Assembly: GCA_964467905.1 (NCBI GenBank) | Contig: CAYXSY010000008.1 | Coordinates: 22 to 64,021 of the forward strand | Direction: 5' to 3' | DNA: 64,000 nucleotides | From: an uncultured Planctomycetales bacterium | GTDB lineage: Bacteria; Omnitrophota; Gorgyraeia; Gygaellales; Profunditerraquicolaceae | Shown here: piece by piece, positions 9,463 through 17,126 of the stretch | How the letters are laid out: every line of letters starts with the position of its first letter | Numbering within the stretch: position 1 is the first letter of the stretch | Made by a program: the position numbers and the translations under genes | The notes under the pieces: generated by a model | The model's database searches: none | The model's input: the letters and a program-made list of their open reading frames with translations, nothing else | Told to the model about the DNA's origin: nothing

Positions 9463-9843
9463 ATGAAACAAAATATCTTTTTTATTATCGGTTTAATAGC
9501 AGCTACTGATTTAATTGATACTATAAGCCAGTTGTTTTTAAAATCGGCAATTAATTCAGTAGACCTGCATATTAATAGTATCGCTAAGGTAATCCGTTTT
9601 ATAATCAGGCTGCTTAAGATCCCAAGGGTATGGTTTTGTTTTGCCTTGAGCGTAGCTTCACTGATTATCTGGTTGTTTGTCCTGTCCAAGACCGACTTAA
9701 ATCTGGCATTTTCTTTGGATAGCATGCGCTATATTATGATTGCTTTAGCATCGATGGTATTTCTTAAAGAAAAGATAAATGCGGCCAGATGGTTTGGAAT
9801 TATCTGTGTAGTTTTAGGCATCTTTTTAGTCGCCTTAGGATAG
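9463..9843 (+). CDS. Small 4-TM EamA/SMR-like transporter
   Basis: Hydrophobic 126-aa protein from ATG 9463 (the track's TTG 9427 is less likely). C-terminal WFGIICVVLGIFLVALG resembles EamA/ArnE-type proteins. Confidence 0.4.
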   Translation: MKQNIFFIIGLIAATDLIDTISQLFLKSAINSVDLHINSIAKVIRFIIRLLKIPRVWFCFALSVASLIIWLFVLSKTDLNLAFSLDSMRYIMIALASMVFLKEKINAARWFGIICVVLGIFLVALG

Positions 9844-9845
9844 AT

Positions 9846-10982
9846 ATGCATAATTTCTCGGTAAAAATAGCAAGAAAGATAGAAGAAATACCCAGATACG
9901 ATTGGGATAGTATTTTTCCTGATGTGCTGGAAAATTACGGTTTTTTCAGAGCGCTTGATAATTCCGGGTTTGATCAGTTTTCGTTTTTCTATATCGTTAT
10001 TTATGATAATAACAAACCTGTTGCAGCAACTTCGTGTTTTATCATGCGTTTTCCTTTTGACATGACGGTCAAGGGTAAGCTAAAAACACTCCTTGGCTTT
10101 ATAAAGAGGATATTCCCGAATATATTAAGCCCGCGCGTGCTTATCTGCGGCTTGCCTATGGGCCAGGGCAGGATAGGGTTGAAAGCAGATTCTCCTGAAT
10201 ATCTGGATGCGGTATGTGAGTCCATGGAGGATATCGCTAAGCAAGAGAAAGTATCCGCCTTTATTTTTAAAGATTTTATCGAGGGCTACGTTGATAAGTT
10301 AAACATTCTTTTGAAGAAGGGTTTTATCAGGATTGAAAGTATCCCTTCTACGGATATGAATATTAATTTCTCTACTTTTGAAGAGTATCTTAACACCTTA
10401 AGCCAGTCTTCAAGGGAGGATTTAAGGAGGAAGCTCAGGAAAACGGAAGCCCAGGTAAAGATTGATTTGGAGGTTACCGATAACCCTTCGGAAAGCGATC
10501 TTGCTAAAATGTATGAACTTTATCTGCAAACCTACAACAAGCAGGATTTAGGATTAGAGAAGCTGCCGCCGGGGTTTTTTAAGTCTGTTTCTGAAAACAT
10601 GCCGGGTGAGGTTAAATATTTCATCTGGAGGATAGAGGATAAGATGGTTTCATTTGCTTTTTGTCTTATCAGGGGCAATTATTTCATAGATTATTATCTT
10701 GGTTTTGATTATTCGATAGCTCATAAGTATAATCTGTACTTTATAAGATTCCGCGACCTCCTGAAGTGGTGCATAGCAAACGGAGTTAAGAAATACGAGA
10801 TGGGTGTGACTACGTATGAGCCCAAGCGCAGGCTCGGCTTTGATTTTGTGCGCCTTTATTTCTATATAAAACACCGCAACAGGCTTATTAATCCTTTCTT
10901 GAAGATAATCGGGCATTTCATAAAACCGGAAAATTTCGATCCTGTTTTCGATACAATGGATAATAACGACGGTTCTTCCTAA
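9846..10982 (+). CDS. FemAB-like / GNAT-fold acyltransferase (DUF482-like)
   Basis: ATG 9846 lies 3 nt after the upstream stop. IEEIPRYDWDSIFP...FFRALDNSGF N-terminus and overall layout resemble the FemAB_like/Acetyltransf_6 family (recollection). Confidence 0.45.
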   Translation: MHNFSVKIARKIEEIPRYDWDSIFPDVLENYGFFRALDNSGFDQFSFFYIVIYDNNKPVAATSCFIMRFPFDMTVKGKLKTLLGFIKRIFPNILSPRVLICGLPMGQGRIGLKADSPEYLDAVCESMEDIAKQEKVSAFIFKDFIEGYVDKLNILLKKGFIRIESIPSTDMNINFSTFEEYLNTLSQSSREDLRRKLRKTEAQVKIDLEVTDNPSESDLAKMYELYLQTYNKQDLGLEKLPPGFFKSVSENMPGEVKYFIWRIEDKMVSFAFCLIRGNYFIDYYLGFDYSIAHKYNLYFIRFRDLLKWCIANGVKKYEMGVTTYEPKRRLGFDFVRLYFYIKHRNRLINPFLKIIGHFIKPENFDPVFDTMDNNDGSS

Positions 10983-11087
10983 TTTTTCCTTATCCCGCGC
11001 ATAAACATTCCTTATTTTCAATATAATTAATTGTGATATAATAAAAACAGTTTATTGATATGGCTATTTTGGCAGAAAGGTTTTGTT

Positions 11088-11456
11088 ATGGGCAGATATG
11101 TTATTTTAATTATTTTTGTTTTCTTGAGCGGATGCGCCTATCTTAATAATACAGAAGGGATAAGCACTTTGCAGGCATTAGGTAGGAGCCAGGATATTAT
11201 GAATCGTTATGTAGAGGCTCAAGACGAAGGATTTTCGCGCCTGAGCCATGATATAGCGCTGGGCAAGTTACATGAGGGCATACTGAAGCAAAGAATTATT
11301 GCCGAATATGGCGATCCTATATATTGCCAGCAGGCAGATTCTAAAGAAGAGTGTTTGTATAGAAGGCCGCTTAAGTATTTCGGGGCTACAAAAGCGTACT
11401 TGTATTTTAATGATAACAAGCGCCTGGATTCCTGGCACTTAGAGCCGCAGGATTAG
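11088..11456 (+). CDS. Lipoprotein, function unknown
   Basis: MGRYVILIIFVFLSGCAY has an FLSGC lipobox. GAAAGG RBS 8 nt upstream of ATG 11088. Confidence 0.5.
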   Translation: MGRYVILIIFVFLSGCAYLNNTEGISTLQALGRSQDIMNRYVEAQDEGFSRLSHDIALGKLHEGILKQRIIAEYGDPIYCQQADSKEECLYRRPLKYFGATKAYLYFNDNKRLDSWHLEPQD

Positions 11457-11463
11457 TTTTCTT

Positions 11464-11886
11464 ATGAAGATACCCAAAATACAGATAATTAGGTTGTTGT
11501 TCATGTTGGTTTTCTTTATTTGTATGTTATTTGCCAACTTTTATGCCGTGAGATTGATGGGCCGTTATGGAGTAGAGCTCTTTTTCTATGATAAGTTGGC
11601 GGTCGCCTATAATATAGGCGGCGCAGACGGGATGAGAAAAGAGTTAAGGGAAATAATAGCTAATGAAAAGTTCCCTAAAGAGCTTGTGTTAGCCAACGAT
11701 TTTGAGAATAAACTTAGAGTCCTTGATAATCCGCAGGCATATTTAGTTGATAAAGTCCAGGATGCAAGAAAGAAAATCGCCCTCCTTAGAAATCTACGCA
11801 CGATAGCGATAGCCCTGATGTTCATTATATTCATTTGGCGTTTAATCGCCGGGATGATCTATCGCTATAAAATAAGAAAAAGCTGA
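11464..11886 (+). CDS. Membrane protein, function unknown
   Basis: N- and C-terminal TM helices flank a charged helical segment. 7-nt gap to the upstream gene. Confidence 0.4.
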   Translation: MKIPKIQIIRLLFMLVFFICMLFANFYAVRLMGRYGVELFFYDKLAVAYNIGGADGMRKELREIIANEKFPKELVLANDFENKLRVLDNPQAYLVDKVQDARKKIALLRNLRTIAIALMFIIFIWRLIAGMIYRYKIRKS

Positions 11887-11890
11887 TATA

Positions 11891-12652
11891 GTGGATAACT
11901 ATCATTTAAAGTTAAAGAAGTTTGTGGGTGGTGTGTTTCTGGTAAGCCTTATTATAATGATTATTTCTATATTGAATAAGGACCGCCTACCCGGCAAAGA
12001 GGAAATCCTCGATGAGCTTTATAATGAGCCATTGCAGACGGAAATTTCTATGGCTCCTTTTACGGTTGAGAAAAGGGGAGTAACTTATTTAATCAAGCCG
12101 CTTTTTAATTACGAGCTTTACGGTATGGTGGTAACGTATCATCATAGTTATGTATGGTGGGATACCGAACATAAAGATGATTTTATAAATACTAAAGATA
12201 TCTGCGTAATCTGGGGTGATAATATTGCCAGCGAAATTTATAAGAAAATGAAATTCTCAAGCGGAAGCTGGACGTGTTATTACGATTTTCCTTCCGGGTC
12301 GTCATGCGCCGAGGCGGCAAAATTCAGAGGTACGTGCTTGTCGAATAACCATGTTTTACTTGCCGATGACAGATTAAACCGTTTAATCATGGATGCCGAG
12401 AGAGGGGACCAGATATATATAAAAGGCTATCTGGTCAGTTATACCCAGCCGAAATGGGGAGATTTTGAGCGCCGCTCAAGCACAACCAGAAAGGATAACC
12501 TTTGCGAAGTTATCTATGTAACCGATTTTAAGATATTGAAGAAAGCTAACTATATGTGGCGGTTGCTTTATAAAGTGTCAAAATATATGGTTATCCTTTG
12601 CGTGATTCTGTTAGCATTAATGCATTATAAGGATCCGCGATATTCCGTTTAG
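11891..12652 (+). CDS. Membrane-anchored protein, function unknown
   Basis: GTG start. N- and C-terminal TM helices and a Cys/His/Trp-rich central domain (HHSYVWWDTEH, CVIWGDN, CLSNNH). Confidence 0.4.
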   Translation: MDNYHLKLKKFVGGVFLVSLIIMIISILNKDRLPGKEEILDELYNEPLQTEISMAPFTVEKRGVTYLIKPLFNYELYGMVVTYHHSYVWWDTEHKDDFINTKDICVIWGDNIASEIYKKMKFSSGSWTCYYDFPSGSSCAEAAKFRGTCLSNNHVLLADDRLNRLIMDAERGDQIYIKGYLVSYTQPKWGDFERRSSTTRKDNLCEVIYVTDFKILKKANYMWRLLYKVSKYMVILCVILLALMHYKDPRYSV

Positions 12653-12658
12653 CTTCTG

Positions 12659-12716
12659 TTAATGCATATATTTATATGCATTAAGCATATATAGTACCAG
12701 CTACGTACCTGGTACT
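12659..12716. repeat. Two adjacent perfect palindromes (hairpins or operator)
   Basis: TTAATGCATATA-TT-TATATGCATTAA (12659-12684) and AGTACCAG-ctacgtac-CTGGTACT (12693-12716). Confidence 0.6.
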
Positions 12717-12729
12717 TAGGTTTTAGGCA

Positions 12730-12758
12730 TTGACTATTTAGCCAAAGAGTGTTAATAT
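12730..12758 (+). promoter_or_regulatory. Candidate sigma70 promoter
   Basis: TTGACT (12730-12735), 17-nt spacer, TAATAT (12753-12758), preceded by TGt (extended -10). Confidence 0.45.
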
Positions 12759-12866
12759 AAATATAATAATTTATCAGAGCGTCCCGAGTTAGAAGGAGTA
12801 AATCCCGGACGTTAAAACCCGCCAAGAAATACTGGCAGGTCCGTTGATTCTTGTGGCGGAAAGTAA

Positions 12867-12905
12867 AACCTTCGCATAATAAGTGCGGAGGTTTTTTGTT
12901 TTTTA
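12867..12905 (+). terminator. Leader terminator upstream of the radical SAM gene
   Basis: AACCTTCGCA-taataag-TGCGGAGGTT (one G-U pair) followed by TTTTTTGTTTTTT. Ends 19 nt before ATG 12924. Confidence 0.6.
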
Positions 12906-12923
12906 TGTGGTTAGGAGAAGAGA

Positions 12924-14057
12924 ATGCTGATAAGCAGTGTAAAACAATCTAGCGAGAAACTCGAGTTGCTTTCGCGCGATTCGCGTTACGACTTAGCGTG
13001 TGCCTGCGCGACGCGCGAAGATGAGCACAGAAGGCGTTCAAAAGAAGGAAAATGGATATATCCTGTCAGCTTACCTAATGGCGGGACTACGTATCTTTTT
13101 AAGACGCTGCTTTCTAATGAATGCGTGAATAATTGTAGATATTGTCCGCTTAGGGCGGGGTCGGACGTAGAGCGCTGCAGTCTTTCTCCGGAAGAATTGG
13201 CTAAGGAGTTTCTTGTTTATTATCGTGCCCGCAGAGTAAGCGGGCTGTTTTTGAGCAGCGCAGTGGAATCTAACGCAGATTCTACTATGGAGCGTATTAA
13301 TCGTACGGCATTAATATTGCGCCGCAGCCGGTTCAGAGGTTATATCCATTTAAAGATTATCCCCGGATGCTCGGATGAAGCTATAAGGCAATCGCTTTAT
13401 TTAGCTAACGCCGTATCTTTAAATATAGAGTCACCCGGAGAGGATAGCTTCCGGCATCTTACCACAAGCAAGGATTATTACAGGGACATTATGAGGCCGG
13501 TTAGATTAATCAGCCGCCTTAGGGCAAAAGGAGCAAGCTGCGCCCATGTCCATCAAACGACCCAATTTGTAGTAGGAGCCTCTATAGAAACAGACAAACA
13601 AATAATCAATCATTCCTATGAATTATATAAGGATTTAGGGTTTTCCCGTGTTTATTTCAGCGCCTATCAGAGGGGAGGAGGGGCTGGTGATTTGCCGGGC
13701 GAGCGCTCAAAAGCGACTAATGAGCAGCTGTTAACCAGAGAGCATCGCCTTTATCAGGCAGATTGGCTTATGCGTAAATATGGATTTTCTTCCGGAGAGA
13801 TTCCTTTTGATAATGATGGTAACCTTCCGCTTGAGGCGGATCCTAAAGAAATGTGGGCGAGGCAGCATCCGGAGTTTTTTCCTGTAAACCTGAATAAGGA
13901 TGATAAATTCCGCCTGCTCCGTGTCCCGGGATTAGGCCAAGTGACGGTGGAGCGTATAATTACTTTACGGGCAAGCGGAGGCCGCCTGCGCTGCATCGAA
14001 GATTTAGGACGTTTAGGCAAATTGCTCAATAAGGCCAGCCAATATGTTGTATTTTGA
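12924..14057 (+). CDS. Putative DNA modification/repair radical SAM protein (C-terminal HhH)
   Basis: CVNNCRYC (CxxxCxxC). N-terminal KLELLSRDSRYDLACACA resembles the TIGR03916-type family. C-terminal LLRVPGLGQVTVERIITLR is a helix-hairpin-helix. Confidence 0.75.
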   Translation: MLISSVKQSSEKLELLSRDSRYDLACACATREDEHRRRSKEGKWIYPVSLPNGGTTYLFKTLLSNECVNNCRYCPLRAGSDVERCSLSPEELAKEFLVYYRARRVSGLFLSSAVESNADSTMERINRTALILRRSRFRGYIHLKIIPGCSDEAIRQSLYLANAVSLNIESPGEDSFRHLTTSKDYYRDIMRPVRLISRLRAKGASCAHVHQTTQFVVGASIETDKQIINHSYELYKDLGFSRVYFSAYQRGGGAGDLPGERSKATNEQLLTREHRLYQADWLMRKYGFSSGEIPFDNDGNLPLEADPKEMWARQHPEFFPVNLNKDDKFRLLRVPGLGQVTVERIITLRASGGRLRCIEDLGRLGKLLNKASQYVVF

Positions 14058-14093
14058 CCCTAAACTACCTGATCGTGAGCGCAAACCTTCTAT

Positions 14094-14122
14094 TTGACAA
14101 AGTCCGGCGTAGGGTGTATACT
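14094..14122 (+). promoter_or_regulatory. Candidate sigma70 promoter
   Basis: TTGACA (14094-14099), 17-nt spacer, TATACT (14117-14122). Confidence 0.5.
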
Positions 14123-14153
14123 AATAACGTTGAGAAAGATTAGAAATCCATAA

Positions 14154-14198
14154 GCCGTAAAGGGCGCGAAGACTAACTTTTACGGCATTTTTATTTTA
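14154..14198 (+). terminator. Hairpin plus T-run about 30-80 nt downstream of the promoter
   Basis: GCCGTAAA (14154-14161) pairs with TTTACGGC (14179-14186), then ATTTTTATTTT. Confidence 0.5.
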
Positions 14199-14255
14199 TA
14201 GCTTCAGATGGTGCAGTAAAACATTGTTTTTTAAAATAGTCAAGAGGAGCCTGAA

Positions 14256-14399
14256 ATTAAGAAAGTAAAGACTTCGCCTAAGGGCAGGATGTGTAGATTC
14301 CCCGGATGCAAGCAGTTTTTAAGCATTTACAACCATGAAGAATATTGCCATGTACATCTTAGCCAGGTTGATAAAGTAAAAAAGAAGAAAAAGCGATGA
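14256..14399 (+). CDS. Micro-protein with CCCH zinc knuckle and poly-Lys tail (not in ORF track)
   Basis: Frame is open from 14235. Strong SD AAGAGGAG (14242-14249) lies 6 nt before in-frame ATT 14256; the first ATG is 14289. Product ...MCRFPGCKQFLSIYNHEEYCHVHLSQVDKVKKKKKR. Its stop overlaps the DEAD-box ATG (ATGA at 14396-14399). Confidence 0.4.
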   Translation: MKKVKTSPKGRMCRFPGCKQFLSIYNHEEYCHVHLSQVDKVKKKKKR

Positions 14400-15670
14400 A
14401 TAGAGTACCTAATGTAAGCGTGATTCAGAATCAGGATAGCCAATCTCCAAAAAGTTTCTTTGGCCTGGGGATTGCGCCTAAGGTTTTGGATACACTTACA
14501 GCTATTAAATTTAAAGTACCTACTCCTATACAGTTAAAAGCTATCCCGCTTGCCATTGAAGGCAAGGACGTCATTGGTATAGCCCAGACCGGTACAGGCA
14601 AAACCCATTCTTTTGCTGTTCCTATGTTGCAACGGCTTTTAAACATAAAAGGCAAGGGGTTAGTTTTAGCTCCTACCCGGGAATTGGCCATACAGATAGA
14701 TGATGCTTTCAAGAAAATGGCCTCTTATCTTGGGGTAAAAAGCGCTTGCCTTATCGGAGGCGCGCCAATGGGGGCACAAACAGAAGCATTGCATAAGAAT
14801 CCGCGTATAATTACGGCGACCCCCGGACGCCTGATTGATCATATGCGGCAATGGAATGTGGTGCTTGATGATGTGGTTATGCTGGTGCTGGATGAAGCCG
14901 ACCGGATGCTGGATATGGGGTTTGCCCCGCAGATAGAGCAAATATTTCGTTTTTTACCTAAACAAAGGCAGACAATGCTTTTTTCCGCCACTATGCCCAA
15001 AGAAATTGTGGAGATAGCTTCTAAATATATGAAGTTACCGGTATCAGTGGAGATTGCTCCTTCCGGGACTACTGCAGAAAAAGTTACCCAGGAACTTTTT
15101 ATTGTCAGAAAAGAATTTAAGCCCAAGCTTTTAGGCAAGTTGCTTGCTCAATATCACGGAGCCGTACTTTTATTCTCTCGTACTAAGCATGGGGCGCGTA
15201 AGATTGCCCGCATGGTTAAAGATATGGGCTATGGCGCATGCGAGATGCATTCTAACCGTAGTTTAAATCAGCGCCGTGAAGCGCTTGAAGGGTTTAAATC
15301 CGGTAAATATAAAGTTTTGGTAGCAACGGATATTGCTGCCAGGGGTATTGATGTGACCGGCATTGAGCTTGTGCTTAATTATGACTTGCCTGATGACGCT
15401 AATAATTATGTGCATCGTATTGGCCGCACCGCAAGGGCAGGCTCTCAAGGACATGCGATTTCTTTTGCGACCCCAGAGCAAAGAAGTGATGTCCGCGAAA
15501 TAGAAAAGATAATTAAAGTAAGCCTTCCGATTTCAAAACATCCGGAGGTGCTATGCGAACAGTTTATGTCCGAAGATTCGCCGCCACAAAATCATCAAAA
15601 ACGAAGCGGCAATTTCCGTCATCGCAGGCACAGGCCTTTTAGCCGCGCGCATTCCAGGAAAGGCGGATGA
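14396..15670 (+). CDS. DEAD-box ATP-dependent RNA helicase (RhlE/DeaD-like) with basic C-terminal tail
   Basis: Q-motif PTPIQ, AQTGTGKT, DEAD, SAT, HRIGRTARAG. Confidence 0.9.
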   Translation: MNRVPNVSVIQNQDSQSPKSFFGLGIAPKVLDTLTAIKFKVPTPIQLKAIPLAIEGKDVIGIAQTGTGKTHSFAVPMLQRLLNIKGKGLVLAPTRELAIQIDDAFKKMASYLGVKSACLIGGAPMGAQTEALHKNPRIITATPGRLIDHMRQWNVVLDDVVMLVLDEADRMLDMGFAPQIEQIFRFLPKQRQTMLFSATMPKEIVEIASKYMKLPVSVEIAPSGTTAEKVTQELFIVRKEFKPKLLGKLLAQYHGAVLLFSRTKHGARKIARMVKDMGYGACEMHSNRSLNQRREALEGFKSGKYKVLVATDIAARGIDVTGIELVLNYDLPDDANNYVHRIGRTARAGSQGHAISFATPEQRSDVREIEKIIKVSLPISKHPEVLCEQFMSEDSPPQNHQKRSGNFRHRRHRPFSRAHSRKGG

Positions 15671-15680
15671 AAGAATAAGG

Positions 15681-15709
15681 TTGACAAGTGGCACAAACCA
15701 TGTTATAAT
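15681..15709 (+). promoter_or_regulatory. Consensus sigma70 promoter of the csp leader
   Basis: TTGACA (15681-15686), 17-nt spacer, TATAAT (15704-15709). Confidence 0.6.
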
Positions 15710-15746
15710 CACTTCAGTAGTGAATAAAGGATTAGAAGTCTTCAAG

Positions 15747-15783
15747 CCGGGAGGATGCAGATTGCTAGCCTCGCGGTTTTTTT
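15747..15783 (+). terminator. Terminator-like hairpin inside the csp 5' leader
   Basis: CCGGGAGG (15747-15754) pairs with CCTCGCGG (15769-15776) with one mismatch, then T7 (15777-15783). Confidence 0.5.
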
Positions 15784-15833
15784 GTTTCTGCCGTTATTTG
15801 CTATAAATTCTTGAGGGAAGGAGGTAGCAAATA

Positions 15834-16034
15834 ATGGCTAGAGGTAAAGTAAAGTGGTTCTCAAATACAAAAGGTTATGGGTTCATCACTCCTGAAAATG
15901 GAGAGGATGTATTCGTTCATCATAAATCAATTTTAGGTGAAGGATATAAGACACTTGATGAAGGCCAGGAAGTTGAGTTTGAGATCGAAAAAGGCCCTAA
16001 AGGCGAACAGGCAACTAAAGTGACAAAACTTTAA
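15834..16034 (+). CDS. Cold-shock protein (CspA family)
   Basis: [26 protein letters not shown] contains RNP1/RNP2 motifs. GGAGG RBS. Confidence 0.9.
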   Translation: MARGKVKWFSNTKGYGFITPENGEDVFVHHKSILGEGYKTLDEGQEVEFEIEKGPKGEQATKVTKL

Positions 16035-16046
16035 GTTGCTAAATTA

Positions 16047-16078
16047 AAGCCCGGCTCCAAAGAGCCGGGCTTTCTATT
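16047..16078 (+). terminator. Rho-independent terminator
   Basis: AAGCCCGGCTC-caaa-GAGCCGGGCTT followed by TCTATTT. Confidence 0.7.
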
Positions 16079-16101
16079 TATAAGTCAGAAAGGGTATAAA
16101 A

Positions 16102-16305
16102 ATGCATAAGGGTAAGATTAAGAAGTTGGTCCGCGAGAGAGGTTTTGGTTTTATAAGCGATGTAGATGGCAGGGAGTTATTTTTTCACCAATCCAGCCTC
16201 GTTGATGTGCAGTTTGATGCTATCAATGAAGAGCAGGAAGTAGAATTTGAAGTTGAGAAATCTCCGAAAGGCCCGAGAGCTATCAACGTAAAAATTATTA
16301 GTTAA
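16102..16305 (+). CDS. Cold-shock domain protein (divergent second Csp)
   Basis: KIKKLVRERGFGFISDVDGRELFFHQSSL; 67 aa. Confidence 0.85.
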   Translation: MHKGKIKKLVRERGFGFISDVDGRELFFHQSSLVDVQFDAINEEQEVEFEVEKSPKGPRAINVKIIS

Positions 16306-16322
16306 TTTATCTTCGATATAAG

Positions 16323-17042
16323 ATGAAAGTTATTTTGTCTATTTTATTCTGGATAGTGGCCGCCGTCACTACCTTGTTGCTATTCTTGGTATCTTCCGGG
16401 GTCTTGCTTGTATCGTTCCCGTTTGATAGGAAAAGAAAGCTTGTCCATGCGCAGGGGTTTTGGTGGGCGGATACTATTATCGGCTTCAATCCTTTTTGGA
16501 GTTTATCTGTTGAGGGAGCCGAGCATATTGACCCTAAGAAAACATATGTGGTTGTTGCAAATCATCAGAGTTTTGCAGATATACTCATGCTTTATAAGAC
16601 CCGCATGCAGTTTAAGTGGGTAGCAAAAGAGAGTTTATTCAAAATACCGGTTTTTGGCTGGTGTATGTCGTTAGTAAATCATATTAAGCTTGCCCGCGGG
16701 CAGCATGGTAGCATAAGAGGGGTTTACCGACAGGCCGCCAGTTGGCTTAAGAAGGGAGTATCGGTTTTCTTTTTCCCGGAGGGTACGCGTAGCGCCACAG
16801 GAGAGATGAATGATTTCAAAAATGGCGCTTTTAAGCTTGCCATAAAAGAGAAAAAGCCGATATTGCCGATTTATATTAAAGGAGGCGCTAACGTGCTTCC
16901 GAAAGGCAGCTGGATTTTTAATACGCGAGCTTTTTGTAAATTAACTATTTTACCCGCAATAAATACTCAAGATTTATCCCCGAAAGACTTCGCCTCTTTA
17001 AGAGACAAAACCTACGCCACGCTGATTGAAGCTTCGCAATAA
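16323..17042 (+). CDS. plsC: 1-acyl-sn-glycerol-3-phosphate acyltransferase
   Basis: HX4D motif ANHQSFADI, plus FPEGTRS. N-terminal TM. Confidence 0.8.
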   Translation: MKVILSILFWIVAAVTTLLLFLVSSGVLLVSFPFDRKRKLVHAQGFWWADTIIGFNPFWSLSVEGAEHIDPKKTYVVVANHQSFADILMLYKTRMQFKWVAKESLFKIPVFGWCMSLVNHIKLARGQHGSIRGVYRQAASWLKKGVSVFFFPEGTRSATGEMNDFKNGAFKLAIKEKKPILPIYIKGGANVLPKGSWIFNTRAFCKLTILPAINTQDLSPKDFASLRDKTYATLIEASQ

Positions 17043-17062
17043 TTAGCTGAAAGATAAAAATA

Positions 17063-17091
17063 TTGTCACGTTTGTCTTTAATATGTATAAT
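17063..17091 (+). promoter_or_regulatory. Candidate sigma70 promoter of phoBR
   Basis: TTGTCA (17063-17068), 17-nt spacer, TATAAT (17086-17091). Confidence 0.45.
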
Positions 17092-17126
17092 AAAATATAT
17101 AACAAGCAGTTCTACCGCTAATTAAT

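Noticed and set aside
10650-11021. 123-aa minus-strand ORF extending 39 nt beyond the FemAB-like gene
   Set aside because: It is almost wholly antisense to the + strand CDS, with no RBS and no recognisable domain. The same applies to 35444-35716, antisense to the permease and small membrane protein genes.
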